Assembly: GCA_963845755.1 (NCBI GenBank)
Contig: CAWJTV010000036.1
Location: 416,001-480,000, forward strand
DNA length: 64,000 nucleotides
Origin: an uncultured Planctomycetota bacterium
GTDB taxonomy: Bacteria > Planctomycetota > Planctomycetia > Isosphaerales > Isosphaeraceae
Reading direction: 5' to 3'
Positions 32,525-45,600 of the stretch are shown here, piece after piece. The translations under genes and the position numbers were made by a program. Under the pieces are notes generated by a model. That model searched no databases. It was not told the DNA's origin and saw only the letters and a program-made list of their open reading frames with translations. Each line of letters begins with the position of its first letter. Position 1 is the stretch's first letter.

Positions 32525-33635
32525 CTAAGGACGAAGATGAGAGCGGACGGCCCGGCCGACATCCGCGGTGGAGTCGTGTCCGCCGAGATCGGGCGTCCGG
32601 GGTGACGGCTTCAACAAGACGTGCTTGACGGCGTCGCGGACCCGGCCGGCCGCCTCGGGGTGATCGAGGTGGTCGAGCATCATGGCCAGCGAGAGGATGG
32701 CGGCCAGCGGATTGGCGATCCCCTTGCCGGCGATGTCGGGCGCCGAGCCGTGCACCGGCTCGAACATGCTGGGCGCCGTGCGATCCGGGTTGAGGTTGCC
32801 GGAAGCGGCCAGGCCCATCCCGCCCTGGAGGACCGCGCCCAGGTCGGTGATGATGTCGCCGAACATGTTGGTCGTCACGATCACGTCGAAGCGTTCGGGG
32901 CCGGCGATCATGCGCATGCAGCATGCATCCACATGCTGATAATCGCACTTGATATCCGGATAATCGCGGGCGGTTTCGGCGAAGGCGCGCATCCAGAGGT
33001 CGTGGGCGAAGGTCAGGACGTTGGTCTTGGCCACGAGCGTGAGCTGCCGGGTGAGGCCGGCCCGCCGGTCCGCCTGGGACAGGCCCCGGAACGCCCCAGC
33101 GGCGGCACGGCGCCGGGCCAGCTCGAACGCATAGCGGAGTGTCCGCTCGACCCCGGCGCGGGAATTGATCGAGGTCTGGATGGCGACCTCCTCGGGTGTC
33201 CCCTTGCGGAGGAAGCCCACCTGCGCCGACGTACAGGTCCTCGTTGTTCTCCCGGACGACGACCATGTCGACGTCCTCGGCGGTCTTGTCCCGGATCGGG
33301 CCCTCGACGCCGGGGAACAGGTGGATCGGACGGAGGTTGACGTACTGGTGGAAATCGAACCTCAGCCGCAGCAGGATTCCCCGCTCCAGCACCCCCGGCG
33401 GCACGTCCGGGTGTCCGACGGCGCCGAGCAGGATGGCGTCGGAGTCGCGAAGCTGGCGGACGGCCTCATCGGGGAGGACCTCTCCGGTCCGGAGGTAGCG
33501 CTCGCCGCCGATGTCCACGTGCGTGAGTTCGTAGGAGATCCCTTCCAGCCGTGCGACGGTGGCGAGCACCTCCAGGCTCTCGGCGATCACCTCCGGCCCG
33601 ACCCCATCTCCTGCCACCACGCCGACCTTGATCAA
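32525..33635 (-). CDS. leuB: 3-isopropylmalate dehydrogenase (frameshift ~33220)
   Basis: GDGVGPEV, LGAVG, YVNLRP, VRENNEDLY, KTNVL, NMFGDIITDL, MFEPVHGSAPDIAGKGIANP. Confidence 0.85.
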
Positions 33636-34027
33636 GGCAGCCTCCCCGACATCCCGAGCCCGATCCCACCCGGGCGGCCGCCCCGAGGGATTGTCACCAA
33701 CAGGGGCCTGCGCCGTAGAATGGATCCGTGACCCGTAATGATAGCGGGCGTACCGCTGCGGCTCAAGTCTTCGTGCCTCCGCCCCGGATCCGGACGCGGC
33801 GGCCCTCCTTTCGGCGCGATTCGCGACGTTACCAGGATTTACGTTGACAATCCGATCGTGGGAAACATACTTTGATGGACCTGGGCCGGAACGGGACTTC
33901 TCCCGCCCGGTGGATCCGTGGCCTCGGTCCACCCCGGCGGACGCGGCGAGCGGCCTGATCCTGTTGAGTTGAATCGCACCGATCGATCGTTCCACCATCT
34001 CGCATCCGTACTGAGGGAGACGGCTTC

Positions 34028-35329
34028 ATGGCCACTCCGGTCGAGAGCAACACATCCGCCAAGGATCCGCGGGGATTCTCCGGCCTCGATGAATCCCAAC
34101 TCGAGAAGTCGATCATTCGCCGCGGGTTGGCGACCCCCGCGGAGGTCGAGGCGTGCAAGTCCCAGCGCAAGCAGATGGTTGCCAAAGAGAAGGACGATCC
34201 GCCCAAGAGCCTCCTAGAGATCATGGTCGAGGCCAGGGTCCTGACCCGCAGCCAGATGGTGCGGCTGATGCAGGAGTCCGGCGAGACCACCAAGAAATTC
34301 CAGATCCCCGGCTACCAGGTCATGTCCAAGATCGGCAAGGGCTCGATGGGGGTCGTCTACAAGGCCAAGCAAATCAGCGTCGATCGGGTCGTGGCCATCA
34401 AAATCCTGCTCGACACCCTGGCCCAGAACAAGGAATTCATCAAGCGGTTCGAACGCGAGGCCAAGATCGCCGCCCGGCTCTCCCACAATAACGTCGTCAA
34501 TGCCATCGATGCCGGCGAGGTCGACGGCCATTACTTCTTTGTCATGGAATACGTCGAGGGGCCCACCATCAAGGATTACCTCGACAAGAACAAGACCTTC
34601 GAGGAAAAGGAGGCCCTCCGGATCGTCATGGCCGTGGCCGAGGCGCTCAAGCACGCGCACTCGCGCGGATTGATCCATCGTGACATCAAGCCCGAGAACG
34701 TCATCCTCACCAAGGATGGCAACGTCAAGCTCGCCGACCTCGGCCTGGCGCGGATCACCGACGACGAGAAGTGGGGACTCTCCGAGGCCGGCATGGCCAT
34801 CGGCACGCCGTATTACATCAGTCCCGAGCAAGTTCGTGGCCAGACGAACATCGACATCCGGGCCGATATCTACAGCCTGGGTGCCACGCTTTATCACATG
34901 GTCACCGGGCGGGTCCCCTATGGTGGCGAGACGCCCACCGAAGTGATGCGTAAGCACGTCGATCCCAATATTGCGTTCGTCCCGCCGGACCACCTCAATA
35001 CCAACCTCTCCGGCGGCCTGGGAATGGTCGTGGAGACCATGATGGCCAAGAACCGCGAGCACCGGTATCACTCGCCCGATGACCTGATCCTCGACCTGAA
35101 ATGCCTCATGCGGGATGAGAGCCCCATGATCGCTGGCCAGAAGCCCGAGACCCTCGAAGCCCTCGCCGAAGGGGAATCCGACGGGATGTACGTGCCCCAG
35201 GCGGCCAGCGAAGACCAGATGGTCGAGATGGCATCCTACGTCAACAATCGCAATCACATCATCGCCACCATGGCAATGATCCTGGCCGTCTCGGTCATCA
35301 CGAACGTGATCCTGCTGGTCGTGCGGTGA
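34028..35329 (+). CDS. Ser/Thr protein kinase with C-terminal TM helix
   Basis: [37 protein letters not shown]. Confidence 0.93.
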   Translation: MATPVESNTSAKDPRGFSGLDESQLEKSIIRRGLATPAEVEACKSQRKQMVAKEKDDPPKSLLEIMVEARVLTRSQMVRLMQESGETTKKFQIPGYQVMSKIGKGSMGVVYKAKQISVDRVVAIKILLDTLAQNKEFIKRFEREAKIAARLSHNNVVNAIDAGEVDGHYFFVMEYVEGPTIKDYLDKNKTFEEKEALRIVMAVAEALKHAHSRGLIHRDIKPENVILTKDGNVKLADLGLARITDDEKWGLSEAGMAIGTPYYISPEQVRGQTNIDIRADIYSLGATLYHMVTGRVPYGGETPTEVMRKHVDPNIAFVPPDHLNTNLSGGLGMVVETMMAKNREHRYHSPDDLILDLKCLMRDESPMIAGQKPETLEALAEGESDGMYVPQAASEDQMVEMASYVNNRNHIIATMAMILAVSVITNVILLVVR

Positions 35330-35343
35330 GACGGCCGATCACG

Positions 35344-35405
35344 GAAGGCTGAAGGATGAAGGCTGAACCAAGGTCGGCCTCGTTCTGGCTCATCCTTCAT
35401 CCTTC
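35344..35405. repeat. Inverted heptamer (GAAGG(C/A)T) hairpin, possibly terminator-like
   Basis: GAAGGCTGAAGGATGAAGGCTGAA ... CTCATCCTTCATCCTTC between convergent genes. Confidence 0.65.
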
Positions 35406-35541
35406 GGAATCGGTCATCGGGACGAGGAGTGTCCGTGAGGGCCTTTCCCGCGCCGGAGCGGAGATCCGGCGAATTCGGGACCCCATATCGAATAACCGAG
35501 CGGTCGTGAGAGTCAGAAAATATCAGGGACGAGTCGCAGGC

Positions 35542-35850
35542 TCAGTTCTTGCTGAAGTCGAAGGAACGGATGGCGTCCTTCCCCAGGGGATCCTTCAAGA
35601 ACTTGTGGTGACAGCAGGCGCAAAGATCGAAACGGAACCCTTTGTGCAGCGGGGTGGCGAGGTCTTCGGAAACGAGGGCCTCGTCGCGCTGAAGGATTTG
35701 AGCAACCGCTTCCATCGGATCGTCGTCCAGGTCATCCTCCTTGATTTCCGTCGGGTCGAAGCCGGGATAGGCTTCAATCTTGACCACATATCGGCCGTCG
35801 CCGGTAGCGCTCAAGTCCTTTCCGCAGAGATCGCACGTGAAGTGGACCAT
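35542..35850 (-). CDS. Small putative Zn-binding hypothetical protein
   Basis: MVHFTCDLCGKDL...FDLCACCHHKFLKDPL. Confidence 0.75.
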   Translation of the reverse strand: MVHFTCDLCGKDLSATGDGRYVVKIEAYPGFDPTEIKEDDLDDDPMEAVAQILQRDEALVSEDLATPLHKGFRFDLCACCHHKFLKDPLGKDAIRSFDFSKN

Positions 35851-35967
35851 CAGGGATTCATCCCTCAGTGTGATGAGCCGGTCATCGAGTCCGGAAGAGG
35901 TCATTCACCCGATTCTAACTCGGGGGCTCGGGTCCGTCCAAGCCCCTCTTCGTGTTATTCCACAAAT

Positions 35968-38277
35968 TCAAAACGACCGGATTCCTGTCAAGACGAGAAT
36001 CGTGCAGGCCAGCGCGACGGCGGAGATCCAGCCGCCGATCCGGATCTCGGCCGGGTCGTATTCCAGGATGATCTGGTGCTGACCGTGAGGTGACCGGACG
36101 GCCAGGAACGGGCCCGGACCGTGCTCGATGGCGACAGGCCGGCCGTCGAGGCGGGCGGTCCAGCCGGGGTCCCAGGTCTCGCGGACGGTAATCCGGTCGG
36201 GGGCGGAAGTTCGGATCCGGATCACCGCCCGGCCCGGCTGATGGGAACACGCGAGTTCGGCCGCCTTCGATCCCGCCTCGGCCCAGGGTTTGGCGTCGAG
36301 CCAGGCGATCCAGACGCGGCCGACCTTCTCGACGCGTTCGAAGGCTCCGGCCGGCGGCGGTTGCGCCGCGACGATCGCGCCGACCCCCGACTCGCACAGG
36401 CGGTCGCGTCCCCGGATCGCCGACTCCCACCTGAGGTCGCGCCGGCTCGTCTGATCGGAGCCGGAAGCTTCATAGATCGGGTCGAACCACGCCAGGCTGC
36501 TTGCCAACTCGACCGAGTCGTAGTTCCGCGGGTCGGAGAGGCCGAACCGCATGAGGACGCCGGGCGGCAGTTCTTCGCCCAGGCCGATCGCCCGGCCTTC
36601 CGGCGGCAGTCCCTGGCGCAACCGCGCGATCACCGGCGGCTCGAAATCATGCAACGCCGGCGCGAGCGCCGGGTTGAGCTCGAACCCGAAGAGACCCAGC
36701 TCGACCAGGGTCATGCCCAGCAGCGACGGAGGCAACCAGTCCGCAGATCGCCCCGTGCGCCTCACGAAGATCGCCAGCGCGACCAGGAGGCCGAGCTCCG
36801 CCGCGGCCAGGCCATAGACGCGCGGGATCACCTCCAGGGCCCTCCCCACCTGCCGCTCGGCGCGCCGGCGGTACGCGGCCGGGTCGGCGCCCGCGGTCGA
36901 GACCGCGGCCCGTTCGTAATGTGCGAAGGCCCGGGCGCGGAGAGATGGCTCGAACGCCGTGATCGCCAACGCCGATGTCCCCAGGCCGGCCGCACCGACG
37001 ATCCCGACCGCGATCCAGCCTCGTGGGAGGCGGAACGACTCGCCCAGATGATCGAGCCCGATCCCGCCGAGGATCGTCAACCCGAAGGCGACCCAGAGGG
37101 TGAGCCGCCGGTTGTCGATGACGTCGATGACGGGGATCGCCCGCAGCAGGTTGTCGACCGGCGGCAGGCGAAACGCCCCCAGTGCGCCGATCGCCACCAT
37201 CCCCGCGAGAAACGCAACGCGGGGCGATTGTCGCCGAACGGCCAGCGCCAAGGGTGCCAGCCAGAACAGGGTCGCCAGCCCGGCGAAGCCGCCGGCCGAC
37301 TCGTTCAGGTTATGCACGCCCAGGGCGCGCGCCAGGTTCGGATGCCCGCGACGCTGGCTCCCGTAAGCGTAGGGAATCGCCGTACAGACGGTGTCGAGCC
37401 ATCGCGGCGGGACCACAGTCCACCAGGCCGCTTTGTCGCGCTGGCGATCGCCCCAGACCGGGCTCTTCGCCAGGTAGGCCGCCAGGGGCAGGATCTGCAC
37501 GGCCGCGATCGCGATCCCGAGCGCCGTCCCACCGATCCACGCCAGCCCGACGCGACGTGTTGCGAACCCCAGACGACGACTGCGATTGACCTGCCAGAGG
37601 CCATAGAGCCCGCCGGCAAGCAGCACGTGGGCGCTGGTCTGGATATGTCCGCCCAGCAAGACCAGCGCCGTCACGACCGCCAGGACGCCCGCCGATCTCG
37701 GGCCAGGAGCCTGGAACGCGCGATCGGTGGCCAGGAAGAGCCAGGGCATCCAGATCGCGACCGCGGTCACGGGAAACAGCAGCCAGACGATCAGGAAGCC
37801 ACAGAATGGATAGACCAACCCGGCGAACCATCGCCCCCAGAATCCCAGCCCCCAGCCGCGCGCCAGTAGAAACATCCCCAGACCGGCGGCCCACAACCGC
37901 CCGGCGGCGATCCAGGCGTACGCCAGTGGCGTCGGACCCAGGTAGGCGAACAGATGAAAGGGATCGAACACCGCGCTCTGGCCATTGGCCAGATGCGGCG
38001 TACCACAACCGGCGTGGCTATTCCAGAGCGGCAGCCGGCCGCTCCGCACCATCCGCCGATTGAACTCCAGCCAGGGTTGAAACTGGAGCACCGGGTCCAT
38101 CAACAATCGGTTGGCCGGCTCGTATTCCCCAGGTTCCTCACCCCGGAAACTGGCGGAGACGAACAAGACATCGGCTGGACTGAGCACCTTACCGCCGATC
38201 AGCGACTCATGAAAGAACGCCGACACGCAGCCGCCCAGTACCAGGACGAATGCCAGGGTTTCCCGGAACGAAGACAC
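35968..38277 (-). CDS. YfhO-family multi-pass membrane protein
   Basis: LPLWNSHAGCGTPHLAN, many TM helices, C-terminal ETWDPGWTARLDG. Confidence 0.8.
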   Translation of the reverse strand: MSSFRETLAFVLVLGGCVSAFFHESLIGGKVLSPADVLFVSASFRGEEPGEYEPANRLLMDPVLQFQPWLEFNRRMVRSGRLPLWNSHAGCGTPHLANGQSAVFDPFHLFAYLGPTPLAYAWIAAGRLWAAGLGMFLLARGWGLGFWGRWFAGLVYPFCGFLIVWLLFPVTAVAIWMPWLFLATDRAFQAPGPRSAGVLAVVTALVLLGGHIQTSAHVLLAGGLYGLWQVNRSRRLGFATRRVGLAWIGGTALGIAIAAVQILPLAAYLAKSPVWGDRQRDKAAWWTVVPPRWLDTVCTAIPYAYGSQRRGHPNLARALGVHNLNESAGGFAGLATLFWLAPLALAVRRQSPRVAFLAGMVAIGALGAFRLPPVDNLLRAIPVIDVIDNRRLTLWVAFGLTILGGIGLDHLGESFRLPRGWIAVGIVGAAGLGTSALAITAFEPSLRARAFAHYERAAVSTAGADPAAYRRRAERQVGRALEVIPRVYGLAAAELGLLVALAIFVRRTGRSADWLPPSLLGMTLVELGLFGFELNPALAPALHDFEPPVIARLRQGLPPEGRAIGLGEELPPGVLMRFGLSDPRNYDSVELASSLAWFDPIYEASGSDQTSRRDLRWESAIRGRDRLCESGVGAIVAAQPPPAGAFERVEKVGRVWIAWLDAKPWAEAGSKAAELACSHQPGRAVIRIRTSAPDRITVRETWDPGWTARLDGRPVAIEHGPGPFLAVRSPHGQHQIILEYDPAEIRIGGWISAVALACTILVLTGIRSF

Positions 38278-38666
38278 GATCGGGTGCCTCCCTGCGTGTG
38301 AGCAGTTGCCCTTCCTGGGCGGTCGGAGACTGGTCGACTGAACCTCGCCTCATGGGATCGTGTGAGTCTGCCCGGTCACGGGGTTCTCGAATCGCTCCGG
38401 CTCGGGGAGTACGCTCAAAATCAACTCTCTGAGATCTGCAGTCTCATCCGGGTCGCGGGTGCGATTGCGTTTCACGGCCCCGATAGTTCCTCCTCTTCCG
38501 TTTGCAGTGACGGCACGTCGGACGCCATCGCATTCTATGTCCCTTGTCGAAAACCCGCAATTCGGGTTGAGGAAACCGGTCTATGGCATCTCGCCTGTCG
38601 CGGGCAGGGTTTGGTATAAGCAACGTGCGGGTTGGTCTTTTCATCCCCTCGGAGGCCCCAGTATCC

Positions 38667-39158
38667 ATGGCCTACTGGTTGTTCAAGTCGGAGCCCACAG
38701 CCTATTCGTTCGCGGACTTGCTGGCCGATCCGGATCAAACGACGGGGTGGGACGGCGTGCGGAATTACCAGGCGCGGAACTTCCTCCGCGACCAGGTGAA
38801 GCCCGGTGACGGCGTGCTGTTTTACCACTCCGGTGCCGATCCGCCGGCCATCGCCGGGATTGCGGAAGTCGTCCAGGCCGGGCATCCCGATCCCACGGCC
38901 TTCGACCCGAAGGACAGCCATTACGACCCCAAGAGCAACCGTGCCAACCCCACGTGGTACCAGGTATCGATCAAGGCCGTCCGGCCGATCGACCCGCCGC
39001 TGGACCTGCCATCCCTCGGGCGAGTTCCCGAACTGGCCGGGATGGAGTTGCTCCGCAAAGGAAGCCGGCTCTCGGTCCAGCCGGTGACACCCGACCAGTG
39101 GAAGACGATTCTTGCGCTGGTAAAATCCAAGCCGAAGCGCGGATCCGCGAGGAAGTAG
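38667..39158 (+). CDS. EVE domain protein
   Basis: MAYWLFKSEP...WDGVRNYQARNFL...FYHS...SRLSVQPV. Confidence 0.93.
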   Translation: MAYWLFKSEPTAYSFADLLADPDQTTGWDGVRNYQARNFLRDQVKPGDGVLFYHSGADPPAIAGIAEVVQAGHPDPTAFDPKDSHYDPKSNRANPTWYQVSIKAVRPIDPPLDLPSLGRVPELAGMELLRKGSRLSVQPVTPDQWKTILALVKSKPKRGSARK

Positions 39159-39211
39159 CCCTGTGGACTCGGGAATCTCGCATCCGGAATCGTCACTCGG
39201 GAACCTCAACC

Positions 39212-39592
39212 ATGTCCAGGATCGAGCACTTTGCGGTCTATGCCGACGACTCCACGGCCCTCAAGGACTTCTACGTCCAGGCGTTGGGACTCCACGTGAT
39301 CGTGGAGAGCGGCGGTGATCCGCCGGGATACTTCCTCGCCGACGATCAGGGTATGGCGATCGAAGTCCTGGGCCGTCCCGCCGGCTCGCCGGAAGTCAAC
39401 CAGCGCTGGGTTTGCCACCTGGCGATCTGGGTCGACGACTTCGCGGCGAAGCGGACCGAGCTCGAGCGACTCGGGATGACCTTCGAGACGGAGACCCTCG
39501 TCGACAACGACGAGATCAAGACCGGTTTCTTCAAGGATCCGGCCGGTAACCGCTGCCAGATCGTCTGGAGACTCAGGGCACTCGGGAAATGA
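39212..39592 (+). CDS. VOC/glyoxalase family protein
   Basis: IEHFAVY...FYVQALGL...HLAIWVDD...FFKDPAGNRCQI. Confidence 0.88.
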   Translation: MSRIEHFAVYADDSTALKDFYVQALGLHVIVESGGDPPGYFLADDQGMAIEVLGRPAGSPEVNQRWVCHLAIWVDDFAAKRTELERLGMTFETETLVDNDEIKTGFFKDPAGNRCQIVWRLRALGK

Positions 39593-39695
39593 CCACCCGT
39601 ATATGGGTTCCACCTGATAACAGGTGGAGGAACAGGTGGAGCAATCGTACACTAGATTCATCGGCGTCAATACCGCAAATATTACATTATCATAT

Positions 39696-42600
39696 TCACA
39701 GAATATCGTATCTCGTAGACAACCCATTCGTCGATCGTTCGGGAACGCCCGGCCGATTCGCGGCGAGCCGGTCCGGTGTTTTCTTCCCATGGGGACTCGA
39801 GGGCGATGGCCAAGCGTCCATAGTTGCAAGTGCCGAGTCCACGGACGCCGCCTGGCGTACCGACGTCCTCGACCCGGCCAAGATGGCGGGCAGCCACTCC
39901 CGAGTGACCGAGGTAGCCTGCACCCGCGTCTTGGCGGCTGCGCGGGGGTGGACCCAGTCGGCCAGGGCTGCATCGTGGGCGGCGTTCTGATCGAGCGGCG
40001 TCCAGCCGATGGCCGGGTCACTCGGGCCCGGGACGGATCCCTCAGGCGTGGCGGAGACGTCGGCCAGGCTTTTCAGGTGGACTCCATCGTGGCCGTCTAC
40101 CACGAGCGAGCTCAGCCAGTTCAGGTTGTGCGCCGTCATGGTCCGGTCGGCCACGCCTGCCGCCCGCAGTCTGTTGCTCGGCTCATCGAAATCGCCACCG
40201 GTCGCGCCGATCACATCGAACACGCTGAAGACATCGATCGGACCATCGCCAGTCGTTCCCGTGTTGACCAGCGTTGCATCCTGTAACGGGCCGACGCCCG
40301 GCCCCGAGTACGTCGTGCCGGACCCCTGATAGGCCATCAGGTCGGGCACCAGCAGGTTGGCCACCGGAGTGCCCAACCCGGTCACCAGGTTATAGCCGGA
40401 GTTGGCGCTGAAGCCGTTGTTGCCGCTGTTGATGACGTTGTAGTCACTCTGGGGCAGCGTGTAGAGGGCTTGCTGGGCTTCTGTCGGACTGGAGCTGTTG
40501 AGGCTCGGTTCACTCGCGGCCGAACGCCCCTGGTTGACCAGGGCGACCAGGGCTGCCCAGGCGGGTGCCGCTAGGCTCGTGCCGCCCACGACCTCGAACG
40601 GATTGCTGGGGTCCAGATTGTACGGGTCGGCGATCCAGGCGCCGGTGGCCGGGTCGGCGACCAGCGCGACGTCGGGCGTGGTCCGGTTGCCCGTGGATTG
40701 GACGCCCTGTTGGTAGGATGGCTCGGGTTCGTAGAGACTGATCCCGCCGCCCGAGCCGATGAAAGTCCCCGCGGAATCGGAGTCATCGCCCCATCCGATT
40801 TCGCTGTCGTAGGAGTTATCGGCGTTGAGCATGAGGCTCGTGCCGCCGACGGCCACCACGTTCGGCGAGAACGCGGGATACTCGGGATCGGCCGCGCCAT
40901 AGTCGCCGGTGCTGGCGACGAACGTCACGCCGGGTACGTTGAACACGCTGTCATACGTCGCCTCATCGGCGGCGAAGACGGCCTGACCTTCGGGGAATCC
41001 CCAGCTCATCGACACCACCGACACGCCCGGCTGGATGGCCGCCGTCGCCACACTGGCCATCAAGTCGGACAGCGACTGGCTATTGGCCTCGACCAGGATG
41101 ATCTGCGCCCCGGCGCGATGGCATGGGCCCACTCGACATCGAGCGCTTCCTCCACTTCCCAGTTGTCGGAGCCGGGACCGTTCGGGTCGGTGGAAGGCAG
41201 GGAGGTCGATTGGCCACTTTGATTGAGGACGGTCAGGAACGACGAAGCCGGCCCGTACTGAGCATACAGCGACGGGCCGGAGCCGGTCAGGCCGAACTGG
41301 GAATCGAAGGCATCCAGGGCCGCGTAGATGGCCGGATCGTCGTAAGCATCGACGATCGCGATGGTCTGGCCGGTGCCGTCCTGAGTTAGCATGTTGATCC
41401 CATAAGCATCGCGGATCTGGGCCGGCGTGTAGGCGACTGTTCCCGAAGGTGAATCGAGTGTCGCGACGTTGGCCACGCCGTTGCCGCTGATCGCCAGCGT
41501 GTCGACGATCAGGGCCGCGTTGAGCTGGGAGTTGCCGCTCTCGGAGAGCGCGGCCGCCGGCGCGTAGATCGTGCCGGTCATCCCCGAGGCGTTGCCGCTG
41601 ATGGTCAGGGCCTTGCTATTTTCGCGGGTCTGGAAGATCACGATGCCGGCGTAGGTCCCTGTGGTCGGCGGGGAGAGATTATACGAGCCGTTGCCGCTGA
41701 GCGTGATGCTGCCATAGGTCCCGCCCGTGCTCGGGTAGTCGCTGCCGGCATTGACGATCAACACCCCCGAGCCCTTGACGCTGGCATTGCCCGAGATGGA
41801 GAAGCCGCCCCCCTCGATGATGTACGTTCCGCTGTTCATGGTCAGGCTGGCGTTGCCCGAGAGCGTGATCCCGATGTAGATCCCCGGCTTGATCGTCGCG
41901 GACGAGTTCCCGCTCAGGCTCTCGGAGCCATAGTTGGTCATGCCGGACGTGCTCGGCTCCGCGAGCGACGCGAGGGGATCGGTAACGGTCGCCACTCCCA
42001 TGGTCGGTGCGGGGCTGAAGCTCGCGTTGCCGCTCTTCTGGACTCCGCCGTGCACGTCGATGAGAGAGGCTTTCACCGAGGCGTTGCCGCTGGCCGACAG
42101 GGCGCTCGATGAGCTGGAATCGACGTAGACCCCGCCGCCGATCTTGATGCTGGCATTCCCGGAGAGGCTCAGCGCCCCGCCGGCCGAGGGATCGAGGACG
42201 AAGATTGTCTGGCCGATCGTGACCGTGCCGGTGCTGCCGGTGCTGGTCAGGAAGTTGGCGTCTCCCGAGTATGTGGCCCTGATGATGTGGGAGCCGGCCG
42301 CCAGGCTCGTCGTCGAGAACGTGGTTGTCCCGGATGAGAGTGCCACGCCCCCGGGCGTCAGGTCGGTACTGGTGCTGGTTTCGTAGAAGTTGACCGTTCC
42401 GGTCGGCGTGCCCGCACCCGGCGCATTGGCGGTGACCGTAGCCGTGAACGTCACAGCCTGCCCGACGTTCGCAAAGCCCGGCGATACACTTGCCGAGGTC
42501 GTCGTATTGTCCTTGGAGACCGCCTGAGGCAACACGCTCGAAGTGCTGGTGTTGAAATTAGCGTCGCCGCCGTAGACAGCCGTGATCGACTGGTTGTTCC

Positions 42601-45600
42601 CTGCGCGTCAACTGGAAAGCGGTGGTCGTGTAGCTGGCCACACCCAGGCCGTTGAGTGTGCCCGTGCCCAGAGCCGTCGTGCCGTTGTAGAACGTCACCG
42701 TCCCCGTGGGGGTGACGGCCGTGCCGCTGAGCGGTGGGGTCGGCGCCACTGTGGCCGTGAAGGTTACCGACTCACCGTAGACGGACGGGGTAACGGACGT
42801 GGTGAGCGCCGTGGTGGTCGGGTCGGGGCCCTCGAAGGCCCCGATGTCTACTGTCCCATTGACGATCCGCGGATAACCGGCGCCGCGCTGGTCGGTGGTC
42901 AGCGGGTTGCCGTTCTGGTCCACCGCAAGGGCGACGCTGCCGGCATTAATGGCCGGGCTGCCGGGCAAGAGCGCGATGGTCTGGGTTGGCCCGCCGTTGT
43001 TGGCCGGACTGCCCAGGCCGGGATTAGTCACGCCGACCATGTTGCCATTGCCGCTGAAGCTGCCGGTGGTGTCCACCCCGATCAGGTTGGAGGCGCTGCT
43101 GCTGCCGAATGGCGTGCCGGCAGTGTCCAGGCCATTCCGGGCCACGACGGTGTTGTCCAGGATGGGCGACCCGCCGGCGTCGTAGATCCCTGGGCCGAAG
43201 CCGTGGTCCTGGTTGTAGGCGATGGTGCTGTTGATCACCGTCAGCCCGGGGGCCGAGTCATAGATCCCGCCACCGACGGCGCCGTCGTTCCCCGCCAGGG
43301 TGGAGTTGATCAGGTCGAGCGTCCCTCCGGACTGGTTGATCCCGGCGCCATAGCCGCCCGAGTTGCCCGAGAGCGTGCAGGCGCTGACCGTCAGCGAGGC
43401 GCCATTGTTGAGGATGCCGCCGCCGAAGTCTCCCGAATTCCCCGTGAGCGTGCTGGTGCTGAGGGTCAGGGTGGCAGAGTTGTACACGCCCGCGCCGTAT
43501 TCGGCCGAGTTACCACTGAAGGTGCTGCCGCTGATGGCGAGCGAGCCCTCGTAATTGTCCAGCCCGCCGCCATAGCCGCCAGCCGAGTTGCCGCTGAACG
43601 TGCAGTCGGTGATGCTCCCTTGCCCGCTGACGTCCAGGAAGCCCCCACCGCCGTAGCTCACCTGGTTGTTGCTGAAGCTGCTCCCCGTCACCGTGACCGT
43701 GCCGCTGTTGCTGATCCCGCCGCCGCTGATCTCGCCGCCGCTGCCGCTGGCCGTATCGCCGCTGAAGCTGCTGGCGGAGACCACCAGCGTGCCATCATTC
43801 TCGATGCCGCCGCCGGTGCTGCCGGAGCCGGTGGCCGCGTCGGCCGCGAAGGTGCAGCCGCTGAGCGTGGCCGTGCCCACGTTGAATAACCCGCCGCCGG
43901 AGCCAGTGGCCGTGTCTTGCGACACCGCGCAATTCGCCAGGCTCAGGTTGCCGCCATCGGCGATCCCACCGCCGGCGCCGCTGGAGGTGTTGCCGGAGAT
44001 CGCGCTGGCGCTAACGGTGAGGGTGGAGAACTCATCGGCGAGGATCCCCCCGCCCAACGAGGCGGTGCCTCCCGAGATCGTCAGCCCCGACAGCGTCGCC
44101 ACTTCGCCGCTGTCCACCTGGAAGTCGCCCACCGCGTTGTTGCCGCTGATCGTCACCAGGCCCGCACCGGGACCGTCGATCACCAGCGGCCCCGACGGCT
44201 CGCTGAGTTGCAGCGTGCTCGCCAGGGTGATCGTCTGGGGTGTGGCGAAGACCGTCGGGGCGAACTGGATGATGCTGCCGGCCGGGTTGATGTTGGCGTC
44301 GACCTGGCCCAGGATGTAGGCCAGGTCCCCCGAGTTTCCCGATCCGGTGCCATCGGCGCTGGTCAGATTGACCGTGTACACCGTGGGCGAGCCGATCGCG
44401 GTGGGGCCCTCGAAGGCTCCGATGTCCACCGTGCCGTTGATGGTTCGCGGGTAGCCGGCGCCGCGCTGGTCGGTGGTCAGCGGGTTGCCATTCTGGTCCA
44501 CCGCCAGGGCCGCGGAGCCAGCGTTGATGGCCGGGCTGCCGGCCAACAGCGCGATGGTCTGGGTCGGCCCGCCGTCATCGGCCAGGATGCCCAGGCCGGG
44601 ATTGGTGACGCCGACCAGGTTGCCGTTGACTCCATTCGTGAAGCTGCCGGTGGTGTCCACCCCGATCAGGTTGGAGGCGCTGGTGCTCGCAAAAGGCGTT
44701 CCGCCGGTGTCCACCTCAGGGTTGCCCAATCCTCGGCCGAAGGTATTCCAGGCCACGATGGTGTTGTCCAGAGTGGGCGACCCGCCGACGTTGTAGATCC
44801 CAGGGCCGGCGGCATAGGCACCGTTCCCGTTATTTTCGTTGTACGCAATCGTGCTGTTGATGACCGTGAGCCCGGGCGCGGAATCGTAGATGCCGCCGCC
44901 CAAGGCGGCCGAGTTCTCCGCGAGGGTGGAGTTGATCAGGTCGAGCGTACCCCCGGTCTGGTTGATCCCACCGCCATAGCCGCCTGAGTTGTCGGACAGC
45001 GTGCTGTCGATGACCGTCAGCGAGCTGCCATTGTTGAGGATGCCGCCGCCGAAGTCTCCCGAATTCCCCGAGAGCGTGCTGGTGCTCAGGGTCAGGGCGG
45101 ACCAGTTGGCCAAGCCCGCACCGTATTCGGCCGAGTTGCCGCTGAAGGTGCTGCCGCTGATGGCGAGCGAGCCCGCGTAATTGAACAGCCCGCCGCCATA
45201 GCCGCCGGGGCTGACCGAGTTGCCGGTGAAGGTGCAGTCGGTGATGCTCCCCTGCCCGTCGTCGTTCAGGAAGCCCCCGCCGCCGTAGCTCACCGGGTTG
45301 TTGTTGAAGCTGCTCCCCGTCACCGTGACCGTGCCGCTGTTGCTGATCCCGCCGCCGCTGATCTCGCCGCCGCTGCCGCTGGCCGTATCGCCGCTGAAGC
45401 TGCTGGCGGAGACCACCAGCGTGCCATCGTTCGCGATGCCGCCGCCGATGCTGCCGGAGCCGGTGGCGGCGTCGGCCGCGAGGGTGCAGCCGCTGAGCGT
45501 GGCCGTGCCCACGTTGAATAACCCGCCGCCGGAGCCAGTGACCGTATTGCCCGAGACGACGGTACTGCTGAGCGTCAAGGTGCCGTTGTTGTCAATGCCC

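Noticed and set aside
39600..39720. AT-rich stretch with a small hairpin as an ncRNA
   Set aside because: Only a short TCCACCTG/CAGGTGGA stem between convergent genes; no family features
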